Below are positions 19,853 through 30,521 of a stretch of DNA of 44,580 nucleotides, piece after piece. Under the pieces are notes generated by a model. That model was not told the DNA's origin. It was given only the letters and a program-made list of their open reading frames with translations, and did no database searches. The position numbers and the translations under genes were made by a program. Source of the DNA: Candidatus Kapaibacterium sp. (GTDB lineage: Bacteria > Bacteroidota > Ignavibacteria > Kapaibacteriales > WFXC01). Location: contig JALWUI010000159.1 of assembly GCA_027082775.1 (NCBI GenBank), forward strand, positions 1 to 44,580, read 5' to 3'. Positions within the stretch are counted from its first letter, which is position 1. Each line of letters starts with the position of its first letter.

Positions 19853-20064
19853 TGGGAGGTAAGCCGGTGTGAGCAGTGTTGTGATTTGCCCCGTTCGAGC
19901 ATAGCGTTGACCTTTGGGTGTTGGAGCGCAAACCTGCTGCGTTTGATACTGCACTACGGGTTTGCCAGGCTGAAATCTTCAGGTGCTGTGAGGCAGTTCT
20001 GCTTTGAGGGAATTCCTTTCTTTACAGCACAGCGGAATATCCGTTGTTGCGGAAGTGCCGAGGT

Positions 20065-20215
20065 GGGAGCGCCGGCTTTCGCCGGCAGAGGTTGCACGCA
20101 GAAGCGTGCGCTCCCAGTAAACCCCACAGGGAACGCCGGCTTCAGCCGGCAAACGGTGGAACAAGGCTGCGGGTTGTCCTGCTGAAGGGAGTTGCGCACT
20201 GGAGCGTGCGTTCCC
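20065..20215. repeat. BIME-like array of four REP-like units in alternating orientation
   Basis: 20065-20087(+), 20093-20115(-), 20129-20151(+), 20193-20215(-). Each is GGGARCGC plus a hairpin. Confidence 0.8.
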
Positions 20216-20304
20216 GGTGGGTATGCCGTGGATCAGGGAGCAACATTATGGGGGAAAGAGCGTTAAACAGGCTGGAAAGGTAAAGAAAACAGGAGCGATA
20301 CTGA

Positions 20305-21852
20305 ATGCACTGGCAGCGATGGATGTGGCGTAGTGCCCTGTGGATCATTTTCGTTTCCCTGGCGTGGGGCATTGACCCGATTCCACCAGCGTTGTTCAAA
20401 CCAGTGACACCAGAGCGGGCAAAGAAGCATTTGCAGTTTTTGGCTTCAGATGAGCTTCAGGGACGGTCGACTCTGCGCCCGACTATCTGGATTGCGGCGC
20501 GCTACATTGCTGAACAATTTCGCCGTTTTGGACTGGAGCCGTTTCGCGATACCAGCTACTTTCACCTGTACGAACTTCGTCGTCGGTATTTGGCTTCCGT
20601 TCCGATACTGTACGTTCACCACCGTAGTGGAAAAACCGATACGCTTGCCGCCGGTCGGAACTGGCGTCCGTACTATTTCACCGCTGCGATAGCAGTGGAT
20701 TCCCTGCCGGTGGTGTTCGCTGGTTATGGAGTGTCGCTGCCCGATAGTGCCTATGATGATTATGCGCATCTGGACGTGCGGGGGAAAGCGGTGCTGGTGC
20801 TGGATGGATTGCCGGCGCCGTTGCGGCAGCGGATGAGCCGGCGAGAACAGCGACGGTATGGGGTGCGGTATAAGGCGGAGCTGGCAGCGCAATTGGGGGC
20901 AAAAGCCCTGCTGGTCGTTCGGATTCGCCGAGGGCGGGTGCGGTTAGGGGGATTTCCGTGGCCCCTGCTAAGCCATCGCATTTCCCGCCGGGCAGTACCA
21001 GCCGTTCCAGCAATGAGCATTTCACCGATCATCGTTGTCAGCTTTGGCAAAAAAGCAGCGGAAGCCGTCGTTGGCAGCCTGGATTCCTTGAGAAGCTGGC
21101 AGCGTCGAATCGATTCTACTGGAGTGCCATACACGACCACTTTCAACGGCGTCTGGCTTTCCCTGTCGGTCAGGGATACGGTGGAAAAAATTGTTGTGCC
21201 GAACGTTGTTGGTGTCCTGCGAGGAACGCTTCGTCCTGAGGAATACGTGATCGTCGGTGCACACTACGACCACATTGGAACAGGGGGGACCAAAGCAGAT
21301 ACGATCTACAATGGAGCGGATGATAATGCTTCGGGAACCACTGGGTTGCTGTTGTTAGCAGAAGCGTTTGCACAGGTCAAACACCCACCGCTGCGCAGTA
21401 TCCTGTTTGTCGCCTTTAGCGGTGAAGAGATGGGCTTGCTGGGCTCGAGAGCGTTTGTCAACGACTCCACCGTCCCCGTTGATCGGATTGTTGCGATGCT
21501 GAATATGGATATGATTTCGCGCAACCATCCGGATACCCTGCACGTGGGCGGTGTAGATCTTGCGCCGACGTTGCAAAAGATACTGGAGACAGAAAATCAG
21601 CATCTGACTCGCCCCTTTGTGCTGCTTTACGATATCGATGCGTTTATGGGACGCAGCGATCAGGCGAATTTCATCGAGAAAAACATTCCTTCGTTGTTTT
21701 TCTTTACCGGACTCCACGAGGATTACCATCAGGTCGATGATGAGGTGGACAAAGTGAATTTTGAGAAATTGGCTCACGTGGCGCGCCTGGTGGGGCGAGT
21801 GCTGTGGCAAATTGTTCACAATGCAGCGCCCATTCCATTTGGTGGGCAGTAG
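20305..21852 (+). CDS. M28-family aminopeptidase with PA domain
   Basis: LASDELQGR, VVFAGYG, GAHYDH, NGADDNASG, GEEMGLLGS, NMDMI, RSDQ, HEDYHQVDD. Confidence 0.93.
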   Translation: MHWQRWMWRSALWIIFVSLAWGIDPIPPALFKPVTPERAKKHLQFLASDELQGRSTLRPTIWIAARYIAEQFRRFGLEPFRDTSYFHLYELRRRYLASVPILYVHHRSGKTDTLAAGRNWRPYYFTAAIAVDSLPVVFAGYGVSLPDSAYDDYAHLDVRGKAVLVLDGLPAPLRQRMSRREQRRYGVRYKAELAAQLGAKALLVVRIRRGRVRLGGFPWPLLSHRISRRAVPAVPAMSISPIIVVSFGKKAAEAVVGSLDSLRSWQRRIDSTGVPYTTTFNGVWLSLSVRDTVEKIVVPNVVGVLRGTLRPEEYVIVGAHYDHIGTGGTKADTIYNGADDNASGTTGLLLLAEAFAQVKHPPLRSILFVAFSGEEMGLLGSRAFVNDSTVPVDRIVAMLNMDMISRNHPDTLHVGGVDLAPTLQKILETENQHLTRPFVLLYDIDAFMGRSDQANFIEKNIPSLFFFTGLHEDYHQVDDEVDKVNFEKLAHVARLVGRVLWQIVHNAAPIPFGGQ

Positions 21853-21966
21853 GGTATTTAAACTTTTTCGGGCTGAATAAGAGTCTAATAGTAACGCTTT
21901 CAGAAAATTGGGGATTACTCCTGGTGATTTCGGGTTTTGTTCAACAAACAAATGGAGCGTAGCGCG

Positions 21967-22707
21967 ATGAAAAGGTACAGGAAATGGGTATTCGCCGTTT
22001 TTAGCATCCTGGCTTTGTTAGTGTGGGGTGGGATTACCAGTTGTGATCGCCTGCCGACGCAGCCTCAGCAGACGTTCGTGGGAGATGAAGAAATCGCTAA
22101 TGTTGTCGTTGAAGATTGGGAGATCCCAAATCCTGAGGTCAAGGTGGATCTTGCCAGAGGCGATGGTTCCATCCTGCATCATCCTCGATATGTTCCTTTT
22201 CGTCTGGGATGTATTCTCCGGAAATTGCACCTGACGCGTGAGCAATGGGATTCGGTCAAAACGTATTTGCGCGAATATCGCGCCTGCACCTGGGAAGTAC
22301 GCGATTCCGTGCGGCGAGCAGCGCGTCCGATTCTGGAAGAATATCGCCAGCAACTCCGGGAAATTCTCCAGCAATACCGCAATGGCGAAATTAATCGGGA
22401 TTCGCTGTTTGCCCTGATTCGAGAGTTGCGCCAATCGCTGGTTGAAGCTTTCTCAGATCTGCGGCAGTGGGCACGTCAGCAGATGGAAAATTGCAAGGAA
22501 GTGCTCTTTGAAAAGATTCGGTCGATTCTTACCGATGAGCAGAAGGAAATCTGGGATGAGTGGGTGGATAACGGCGGCAGTTGCGGCGATCACTGGCGCC
22601 GATGGCGGCGGGATCACGGTCGATGGGGACACGGCGGCGACCATGGTCGGTGGGATCGTGATCGGGACCACGGTCGGCACGGTGGACACTGGCGTCGCGG
22701 CGGATAA
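21967..22707 (+). CDS. Lipoprotein with a Spy/CpxP-like helical region and a His/Gly/Arg/Trp-rich tail
   Basis: ITS-C lipobox, LHLTREQ and ILTDEQ motifs, repeated DHGR. Confidence 0.7.
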   Translation: MKRYRKWVFAVFSILALLVWGGITSCDRLPTQPQQTFVGDEEIANVVVEDWEIPNPEVKVDLARGDGSILHHPRYVPFRLGCILRKLHLTREQWDSVKTYLREYRACTWEVRDSVRRAARPILEEYRQQLREILQQYRNGEINRDSLFALIRELRQSLVEAFSDLRQWARQQMENCKEVLFEKIRSILTDEQKEIWDEWVDNGGSCGDHWRRWRRDHGRWGHGGDHGRWDRDRDHGRHGGHWRRGG

Positions 22708-22740
22708 TTCAGTAAAAAAGTTGCTGGCGTAAAGATTGAT

Positions 22741-22773
22741 AGCCTCGGGAAGCGAGCTTCTCGAGGCTTTTTT
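22741..22773 (+). terminator. Intrinsic terminator
   Basis: AGCCTCGGGAAGC-GA-GCTTCTCGAGGCT followed by a T run. Confidence 0.8.
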
Positions 22774-22780
22774 GTTTCCA

Positions 22781-23644
22781 CTATCGAAGAAAGAGCCATA
22801 TGTAGCCAAACGTTGCGGGGGCGCAGAACAGCGCGCTATCAAAACGGTCCAGAAATCCGCCGTGTCCCGGAAAGAACTGGGAACTATCTTTGACCCCCGC
22901 TTTGCGCTTGAGGAGAGATTCTGTAAGATCACCGATCGGACCGATAACGCTAACCATTGCGCCTAAAACAAACCAGTGATACTGCGGTAGTGCAGGGAGG
23001 AGAAGGGAGCCAGCAATCCCAAAAGCGAGGGTGCCGCCGATGAAACCGGCGATTGCGCCTTCCCACGTTTTTTTGGGACTCACCGCAGGTGCTAATTTCC
23101 GCTTCCCCCATTGCCGACCGGCGAACTACGCAGCGGAATCACTGATCCAGATAGTGGCAAACAGTGCGATGATGAGCTTTGCCCCTGCGCGGTCAGGGGA
23201 GCCAATCATTGCAAGCATTGCCGCATCAGAGAGCTCAAAAACGAAGCGGAGCACCAGAAGGAGGGAAAGCGAAAGACCAACATAAAGAACACTGAATACA
23301 GATCCAGCGACAGCAAGAGCAGCATTTCGGTGGGGCTTGTATAGCACGAACGTGGCAGAGAGGATCACACTTCCGGAGAGGAAGAAAGCCAGTGGTTCGA
23401 GAGAGTGATCTGTGATCGACAGTTCGGGAAAGAACAGAAGTGGCAGGAAGAGGTTCCAGGCAAGAACCGGAAAGGAAGCGATGCGGATGTCCATTTTGCG
23501 GAACAGGGCTATCAACTCCAGAGAGCTTCCCAGAATCAGCAGTTCTACGGCGACAAACCAGAGCCATCCGCCGGTCCAGACGATCCAGACAAAGATCGGG
23601 ATTCCAACAACAGCGGTCAGAATTCGTATCCATAGTTCCCGCAT
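22781..23644 (-). CDS. cdsA: Phosphatidate cytidylyltransferase, interrupted by an in-frame TAG at 23126-23128
   Basis: Reads WISDSAA*FAGRQWGKRKLAPAVSPKKTWEG...GDLTESLLKRKAGVKDS...PGHGGFLDRFDS. The two ORF-track fragments are in the same frame. Confidence 0.92.
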
Positions 23645-23730
23645 TGGTACTGCTGGATTGTTGAACAAGTGAAGCGCAAAAGTACAGATTTCCGGGCAAC
23701 AGAGCATAATGAACAAGGGAAAGGAAGAGG

Positions 23731-24474
23731 ATGAGGGTTTCAACACTCCTGGTTTTTGAAGGAACAGAGCCGCATCGGGCGTCGATCGAGGAATGGTTTC
23801 ATAAGCAGCAGGTGCCTTTTCAGAGTGTAAACGCTCAGGAGTTTGGGAAGCGAGCACAGGAGATTGAACAATGGCGTCGCGCGGCTGAGCAACCGGTCGT
23901 TCTCGACTTTCGATGGAACCTTGCCCTGCAATACGGTGCTTTGTCCGATCCTGTGCTGAATCAGTTTGCTACGACTCCAGAATCTGTCTGGATTCTTTCC
24001 AGTTCCCCGTTGCTCCTTACAGCGGAGCTGGCAGCCGCACTACGGTCTCCGTTTGTTGCTCGATTCAACGGGCTACCGACGTTTTTCCCGGATGCTGCCG
24101 TGGTCGAAGTGATGCTCCCCGACGCCGATGCAGCAAAGGTTCGGTTTCTGGAAGAATACTTTAAGCTGCTGGGGAAAGAGGTCGAAGTCGTGGGTGATAC
24201 GGTCTGTTTTACCGGTCCTCGAGTGCTGGCAATGATCATCAACGAAGCCTACTTTTGTTTGCAGGAGCGCGTTGCATCGGCGGCGGATATTGACACGGCG
24301 ATGAAGCTGGGGACGAATTATCCCCGGGGACCAGTGGAATGGGGAGAGCAAATAGGGCTGGATTGCGTCTGTGCTATGCTGGACGCGCTGTATGCTTACT
24401 ACCATCAGGAGCGGTACCGTTGTGCACTCCTGCTGCGGCGTCAGGCGGTGCAAAAGAATGGACGGATGTCGTAG
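23731..24474 (+). CDS. 3-hydroxyacyl-CoA dehydrogenase C-terminal-domain protein
   Basis: PRVLAMIINEA, DIDTAMKLGTNYPRGP, IGLD. No GxGxxG at the N-terminus. Confidence 0.85.
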   Translation: MRVSTLLVFEGTEPHRASIEEWFHKQQVPFQSVNAQEFGKRAQEIEQWRRAAEQPVVLDFRWNLALQYGALSDPVLNQFATTPESVWILSSSPLLLTAELAAALRSPFVARFNGLPTFFPDAAVVEVMLPDADAAKVRFLEEYFKLLGKEVEVVGDTVCFTGPRVLAMIINEAYFCLQERVASAADIDTAMKLGTNYPRGPVEWGEQIGLDCVCAMLDALYAYYHQERYRCALLLRRQAVQKNGRMS

Positions 24475-24488
24475 ATTGCTTTTGCCGC

Positions 24489-25733
24489 TTATTCATATCG
24501 AAGGGCTTCCACCGGATCGAGTCGAGCCGCTTTCCACGCCGGATAAGATCCAAAGATCACACCTAACAGCGTACAGATGAGCACGCTACCAATGATCCAG
24601 TTCAGTGGCAGGACCAGTTGGAATCCTAAGGAAGAGCCCACAAGGGCAGCGGCAATGCCGCCCAGCACAATGCCGGCAATGCCACCCAGTTGAGAGAGAG
24701 TTAATGCTTCCAGCACGAACTGGGTCAGGATGTGACGAACCTTTGCCCCCACGGCTTTACGGAGACCAATTTCCCGTGTCCGTTCCTGCACGGCTACCAG
24801 CATAATGTTCATAATCCCAATGCCAGCCGCCAGCAGGGCAATGATCCCGGTTCCAAGTCCGAAAATCTGGAGGTATTGCATAAAGCTGTCAAACTGCGAG
24901 CCGATCGCTTCGTTTGTTTGCACTTCAAAGTTGTTTTCTTCCCACGGTTTCAAATTTCGCAAGCCGCGCAAAATTGCGATTGCCTGGTCGATCATTTCCT
25001 GTAAGCTCTCCGCAGAGGGAGCTTCCACGTAGAGTGCGAATGAGCGCCATCGTGCCGGAACATTCTGGCTAAAGTAGCGGAGGAAAATGGTTGCGGGGAC
25101 AAAGACGACTTTATCGAGACTTTGTCCCATCACATTCCCACGCGCTTTCAGAACGCCGACCACTTGCAACCGTCTTCCCCGGATGAAAATGTGCTGTCCC
25201 AGCGGGGAAGAAGCGGGAAAGAGCGATCGGACTACATCGGCGCCGACCACAGCAATTGGGCGGTTCAGCAGCAGATCTTCATCCGTGATGGGACGTCCTT
25301 CTTCAATATCCAGCCGGTTTGCAAGGAAAAAGCCGCCATCCACGCCGTAGAGGGTGAAATCATTGTCTGTGGTCTGTTCTTCATACTTGATCCGAACCCC
25401 TGAAATATCGGCAGCGAAGCCAACGGCGCGGGCATACGGTTGCATTCGTTCTTTGAATTTCATCGCTTCTTGAAGGGTAATGGGCGGGCGATTCCGGTAT
25501 CGCCGCCACGCTCGATGCCCAACGACAAAGGAAGGACGGCGGTCGATCCGAAAAGTGTTTTGTCCAAGTTCCAGGATCTGAGAGGATACCGTGTGCTCCA
25601 GGGAGGTCACTAAGGTTCCGGACCCCATCAGGGCAAAAATACCGATGGCAATGCTGAGGAGTGTCAGGAACGCTCGCAATTTGTTCGAGCGGATGGAAAA
25701 AAGTGCCTGCAAAATGCTTTCTCGTAAAACCAT
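24489..25733 (-). CDS. MacB/FtsX-type ABC transporter permease
   Basis: [27 protein letters not shown]; ends [17 protein letters not shown]. Confidence 0.93.
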   Translation of the reverse strand: MVLRESILQALFSIRSNKLRAFLTLLSIAIGIFALMGSGTLVTSLEHTVSSQILELGQNTFRIDRRPSFVVGHRAWRRYRNRPPITLQEAMKFKERMQPYARAVGFAADISGVRIKYEEQTTDNDFTLYGVDGGFFLANRLDIEEGRPITDEDLLLNRPIAVVGADVVRSLFPASSPLGQHIFIRGRRLQVVGVLKARGNVMGQSLDKVVFVPATIFLRYFSQNVPARWRSFALYVEAPSAESLQEMIDQAIAILRGLRNLKPWEENNFEVQTNEAIGSQFDSFMQYLQIFGLGTGIIALLAAGIGIMNIMLVAVQERTREIGLRKAVGAKVRHILTQFVLEALTLSQLGGIAGIVLGGIAAALVGSSLGFQLVLPLNWIIGSVLICTLLGVIFGSYPAWKAARLDPVEALRYE

Positions 25734-25764
25734 CGATTGTGTTCCCTGTGACTTTCCAGACCGG

Positions 25765-27030
25765 TTATTCGTACCGCAATGCTTCCACCGGATCGAGCCG
25801 GGCAGCGCGAAGTGCTGGGGCGAAGCCTGCCAGAACGCCGACCAGCACCGCGACCAGAAGCGCAATCCCCATCAAATGGGGCGGAATGATGGATGCTGTA
25901 AAGCCCAGATCGCCGGGGAAAAGGAGAAATTTTGCTCCGGCGATCGCGCCCTGAGACAAAAGCAGAGCAATGACAGCACCGGCAGTACTCAGCAGTGCTG
26001 CTTCGATCAGAAATTGCAGTAAGATTGCTCGCCGCTTTGCCCCTACGGCTTTACGCAGCCCAATTTCTCGCGTCCGTTCCACCACCGAAACGAACATAAT
26101 GTTCATAATGCCGATGATACCTACCAGGAAAGATAGACCGGTCATTCCAATCCCGATACCCCAGATCGCAATGCGGATGGTTCGCACCTGTTGTTCGAAA
26201 GCATCGATGGAGTTGATCGAGAAATTGTCTGGTTCCCATGGAGCCAGATTGCGAACTTTGCGCATCACCATTCGCGCTTCTTCCGTAACCTCTGGCAGCA
26301 ACGATTGCGACGGGGCTTTTACCACCAGCGTGTAATTGGAGAAGTTGGTACTGTGTAACAGTTGGAACACTCGAAAGGGGATATAGACCGCATTGTCCCC
26401 CCAGTCGCTGATCAGCGTTCCCCGCTTTTTGAGAATTCCGATGACCCGGAATTTTTTGCCTCTGTAGAAAATCGTTTGTCCCAGAGGATTCTGGTTCGGA
26501 AAAAGCTCTTGCCACACATTGTATCCCAGAACGGCTACGTAGCTGGCAGTCAGGTCTTCAATGGGGGCGAGAAACCGTCCTGCTTCGATGCTGTTTGCCA
26601 CTTCCCAGTCGTTGTCACTGGTAGTGCCGATAATCCCAATGCCACTGATGGAGTTTTCTGCTGATCGAACGGTCTGTCCCCAGGCGTTACCCCGCGGATA
26701 TGCTCGCTCTGCCAGGGTCAACTGCGCAATGGCAGCTCGAATCTGCCGAATGGTAATCGGCGGGCGCTTGCGCGCCTCCCGCCACGGCGTTCGTCCCGTC
26801 CAGTCGAATTTGTGAATGTAAATGACTTCGTAGCCAAGACTGCTAATCGTTCGTTCCCACGCAGAATCCAGTCCATCCAGAAACCAGCCCATCAGGACGA
26901 CAAAGGTGACACCGATAACAACGCCCAGCGTGGTGAGCAGGGAGCGAACCCGGTTGGCGGCAATGGCAGCGACAGCAATACGGATGCTTTCGCCAAATTC
27001 TGCCAGAATGTTCAGTGTGCGTTGCATCAT
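25765..27030 (-). CDS. MacB/FtsX-type ABC transporter permease (paralog)
   Basis: [34 protein letters not shown]; ends [11 protein letters not shown]. Confidence 0.93.
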   Translation of the reverse strand: MMQRTLNILAEFGESIRIAVAAIAANRVRSLLTTLGVVIGVTFVVLMGWFLDGLDSAWERTISSLGYEVIYIHKFDWTGRTPWREARKRPPITIRQIRAAIAQLTLAERAYPRGNAWGQTVRSAENSISGIGIIGTTSDNDWEVANSIEAGRFLAPIEDLTASYVAVLGYNVWQELFPNQNPLGQTIFYRGKKFRVIGILKKRGTLISDWGDNAVYIPFRVFQLLHSTNFSNYTLVVKAPSQSLLPEVTEEARMVMRKVRNLAPWEPDNFSINSIDAFEQQVRTIRIAIWGIGIGMTGLSFLVGIIGIMNIMFVSVVERTREIGLRKAVGAKRRAILLQFLIEAALLSTAGAVIALLLSQGAIAGAKFLLFPGDLGFTASIIPPHLMGIALLVAVLVGVLAGFAPALRAARLDPVEALRYE

Positions 27031-27728
27031 ACCGGTATGCTGCTGGTTTTGCTTTCTTCTTTCTGAATTTGACCATCCAGAATGTGGATAATGCGGTTAG
27101 CGTGTTGGGCAACGTGTGGTTCGTGGGTGACGAGAATGATGGTATTTCCCTGACGCCACAGTTCATCGAACAGCGCTAAGATTTCAGCGCCTGTACGACT
27201 ATCCAGGTTGCCGGTAGGTTCGTCGGCTAAAAGAAGCGAGGGATTGTTGATTAACGCGCGGGCAATAGCAACTCGCTGCCGTTGTCCCCCCGATAGCTCA
27301 TTGGGTTTGTGAAAGAGCCGATCTCCTAATCCCACTTTTTCCAGCATAGCCACAGCGCGCTCGTAACGTTCGTCGGCTGGAACTCCTGCATAGATAAGGG
27401 GAAGTTCGACATTGCGCACCGCCGTATAGCGCGGTAGCAGGTGGAAGGTCTGGAAGACAAAGCCGATTTTTTTGTTCCGGATTTCTGCCAGTTCATTGTC
27501 GTCCAGATCGCTGACGTCCTCGCCTTCCAGAAAGTATCGTCCCGAGGTAGGGGTATCCAGACAGCCGATGATGTTCATCAGGGTAGATTTACCGGAGCCT
27601 GATGGACCCATAATCGCGACGTATTCGTTGGGTTCAATCGAAAGTGTAACGCCGCGCAGCGCCCGGACCACCTCTTCTCCCATCTGGTATTCCCGGACGA
27701 TATTTTCCAGGTGAATGAGCGTGTTCAT
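27027..27728 (-). CDS. ABC transporter ATP-binding protein (MacB/LolD-like)
   Basis: [33 protein letters not shown]. Confidence 0.96.
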   Translation of the reverse strand: MNTLIHLENIVREYQMGEEVVRALRGVTLSIEPNEYVAIMGPSGSGKSTLMNIIGCLDTPTSGRYFLEGEDVSDLDDNELAEIRNKKIGFVFQTFHLLPRYTAVRNVELPLIYAGVPADERYERAVAMLEKVGLGDRLFHKPNELSGGQRQRVAIARALINNPSLLLADEPTGNLDSRTGAEILALFDELWRQGNTIILVTHEPHVAQHANRIIHILDGQIQKEESKTSSIPV

Positions 27729-29053
27729 TGTTCACTCTTTCGTTCGTTCCGCTTTGCTTGTTGCCATCGCTTTCTGGACTTGCGTCCGGATTTGTTCTGA
27801 ATAATCAATTTGCTCCCGTCTTTGAGTCGCCGGGCAATGGCGGTGAAACTGCCCGTTACCACCTCTGTTCCTTCCTCCAGTCCCTCCACGATTTCAATGT
27901 AGTTCCCATCGCTGATGCCAGTAACCACCCGAACCATTTTCGCATAACCGTTGTCATTAACAAAGACGACCGTCGGCGGATGCTGCTGTTGCGGTTTTTT
28001 GTTTCCCGGACCACCTTTTTTCCCTTGCCACATCGGTCGTTGGGACCGGCGCACCGTAACCGCCTGGAGTGGCACTGCCAGCACGTTTTCTTTCTTTTCA
28101 GTTTGAATTTCCGCCGTGCAGGTCATACCGGGACGCATCCGGGGATCAGTTTCCAGCAGACGAATTTCTACCTTGAACAGCACCAGATCTTCGTTGCTTC
28201 CGCCGGGACCCTGCGAAATGGGGGCGTTGCCAACGTGCAATACCACCCCCCGGAACTTCTGGTTGGACAATGCGTCCAGTTCCACGAAGGCGGTATCGCC
28301 TGGCTCAATAAGCACAACGTCGTTTTCATCAACCTCCACTTCGGCATTGATCGTGTGGAGATCGGCGATCCGCATAATTTCCGTTCCCTGCATTTGAGCG
28401 GTTCCCACCACTTTTTCCCCTTTTTCAACGGGAAGAGCAATCACTACTCCGTCGATAGGGGAATAGATCTGGGTGCGCTGGAGACTCAGTTCTGCTTGCT
28501 TGAGCGATGCCCGAGCACGTTCATACTGCTTCAAACTGGCCTGGTACCGGGCTTGTGCCTGCTGGAAACGCGCCTTTGCCTGATCCAGCTCTTCCTGCGA
28601 GGCAAATTCTTTTTTGTAAAGCTGGAGTGTGCGGTCCAGCATTGCCTTAGCGTTTTCCAGCTCGGCTTTCGCAACTTCAATGTCCGATTTTGCTGCTTCT
28701 GCTGCTGCCCGAAGTTGTTCCACCTGGGTTTCCACAATGTCAGGTTTGATCCGAACTAACAGTTGCCCTTTGCGGACGGTGTCTCCCTCTTCAACTCCCA
28801 GAAAAATAATTTCGCCGCTGGTTTCCGAAGAAATTTTGACTTCCGTCTCCGGCTTAATGGTTCCAGTCACCGTCACCGTCTGAATGATGGTACGGCGCTG
28901 CACCGGTTCGACGGTAACCGGGGTTCCCTCTTCCCGGTGGGCGGAGACGTAGAAGATAAAGCTGAGAATAAGGAGTATGATGACACTGAGTCCAATCCAG
29001 AGTTGCCGCTTTTTCCGACGTTTGCGTACGCGTTTGTTTTCTGCTGTTGCCAT
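27725..29053 (-). CDS. Efflux periplasmic adaptor subunit (MacA-like)
   Basis: N-terminal TM helix, [13 protein letters not shown], coiled coil, [15 protein letters not shown]. Confidence 0.93.
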   Translation of the reverse strand: MATAENKRVRKRRKKRQLWIGLSVIILLILSFIFYVSAHREEGTPVTVEPVQRRTIIQTVTVTGTIKPETEVKISSETSGEIIFLGVEEGDTVRKGQLLVRIKPDIVETQVEQLRAAAEAAKSDIEVAKAELENAKAMLDRTLQLYKKEFASQEELDQAKARFQQAQARYQASLKQYERARASLKQAELSLQRTQIYSPIDGVVIALPVEKGEKVVGTAQMQGTEIMRIADLHTINAEVEVDENDVVLIEPGDTAFVELDALSNQKFRGVVLHVGNAPISQGPGGSNEDLVLFKVEIRLLETDPRMRPGMTCTAEIQTEKKENVLAVPLQAVTVRRSQRPMWQGKKGGPGNKKPQQQHPPTVVFVNDNGYAKMVRVVTGISDGNYIEIVEGLEEGTEVVTGSFTAIARRLKDGSKLIIQNKSGRKSRKRWQQAKRNERKSEQ

Positions 29054-29082
29054 CGTTCGCTCGCTTTATTGGGACTTCGTTT

Positions 29083-30435
29083 TTACGGTTCAGTTCCGGT
29101 GAGCATCTTCAGTTGGTATTGGGCTTTTAGATAGTTGAACAGAGCAGTCAGGTAGTTCACTTTTGCGGATGTGAATTGCGAGTTTGCCTGTGCGTATTCT
29201 GCTAAGGAAATTTTACCCACATCCAGGCGCTCCTGAGCACTGGCATAATTCAGGCGAGCAGCATCTAAGGCAAGGGTTGCTGCCTGAAGTTCTCGTTCGC
29301 TGGCGTCCAGTTGCAGGAATGCCTGTTCAATATCCGCAGCGATTTGTTGCTCGATCTGTCGCAGTTCCAGTTCTCGCTGCATCCGCTGAACATTCGCTGA
29401 TTGAATCTGTTCATTGGTGCGGAAGTTATCGAAGATCGGTACGCGCAAAGATAGTCCAACGAAGGTGCGTCCTAAGCGGTCGAAATCTCGAAGCTCGCTG
29501 TTTGCCCACGACCAGGAAAGCGCAGCAGAAAGGCTGGGGAAGTAACCGCTGCGCGCTACGGTCAGCGATGCGTTGGCAATTGCCAGTTGCTTTTGAGCTG
29601 CAAGGTAGTCCGGACGACGGCTCAATGCTTGCTGATAGACCGTCTGGAAAGTTCCTATGCGCTGACGGAAATCCTGCATCATCGCTGCAGTTACCGTATC
29701 TGGCAAGCCGGCGGATGAAAATTCCACCGGTAAAGTGGGAGAAAGACCGATGAGACTGAGCAGCTTTGCTTTCGCAAGGGTGAGCTGGTTTTTGGCTTGA
29801 ACCAGTGCTAATTGTTTCTGCGCTACCTGCGCCTGTTGCTGATACAAAGCCGGTTTGGCAATGCGACCGGCTTCGTATTGCGCCTCCAGTTTGCGAAGCT
29901 GCGTTTCCGCTGTTTCCAAGTCCGCTTTGCGAAGATCGATGAGTCGGTAGGATTTCTGGACTTCGAGAAACTGGTCATAGACCTGCTGAAAAACGCGCCG
30001 GCGAGTGTCAGCCGCTTGTAACTCCGTCGCCTGAAGCTGGTCCTGTGCCTGCGCAAATTGGGCTTCGCGAGCAAAGCCGTCGAAGAGCGGAAGAGAAGCG
30101 TTGACACTGAGCGAATAGGAATTGGCAGGTGAGCGTGGAACCGGGATCAATTGCCCGCCGATATTTACGAATTGCTGTTGCTGTTGATCCAGGCGGCGGG
30201 AATACCCGGCGCTGAGAGAAAGACCGGGAAGATACCGCCCGAAAGCGGCGGTGAGACGGGCACCGGCGCCCAGTAATTGGGCTTCTGCCCGCTGGATGTC
30301 CAGATTGTTTTCTCGCGCTAATTGGAGGCATTCTTGCAGGGTTAAAACCTTTGGACCTTTACCCTGAATCTGTGCGCTGCTACCGGCAACGCTCAGCAGC
30401 ATTCCTGCGACGATCGCAATAATTCTCTGAATCAT
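29083..30435 (-). CDS. TolC-family outer-membrane efflux protein
   Basis: Signal peptide, LTLQECLQLARENN, duplicated OEP repeats (YLPGLSLS / YFPSLSA). Confidence 0.92.
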   Translation of the reverse strand: MIQRIIAIVAGMLLSVAGSSAQIQGKGPKVLTLQECLQLARENNLDIQRAEAQLLGAGARLTAAFGRYLPGLSLSAGYSRRLDQQQQQFVNIGGQLIPVPRSPANSYSLSVNASLPLFDGFAREAQFAQAQDQLQATELQAADTRRRVFQQVYDQFLEVQKSYRLIDLRKADLETAETQLRKLEAQYEAGRIAKPALYQQQAQVAQKQLALVQAKNQLTLAKAKLLSLIGLSPTLPVEFSSAGLPDTVTAAMMQDFRQRIGTFQTVYQQALSRRPDYLAAQKQLAIANASLTVARSGYFPSLSAALSWSWANSELRDFDRLGRTFVGLSLRVPIFDNFRTNEQIQSANVQRMQRELELRQIEQQIAADIEQAFLQLDASERELQAATLALDAARLNYASAQERLDVGKISLAEYAQANSQFTSAKVNYLTALFNYLKAQYQLKMLTGTEP

Positions 30436-30521
30436 CGTTTATGCCTTCATCGTCTTCGTTCTTTCTGGCGGTGACTATAAACGTACCGCCGTGTGAATAT
30501 GTTTCACTGGGGTGGAAGCAG

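Noticed and set aside
20065-20215. CRISPR array
   Set aside because: Units alternate in orientation with irregular spacing and no cas genes are present; this fits REP/BIME.
22781-23644. Genome-wide TAG reassignment
   Set aside because: Several genes end at TAG at their expected C-termini (fbp, S8 CTD, cdsA).
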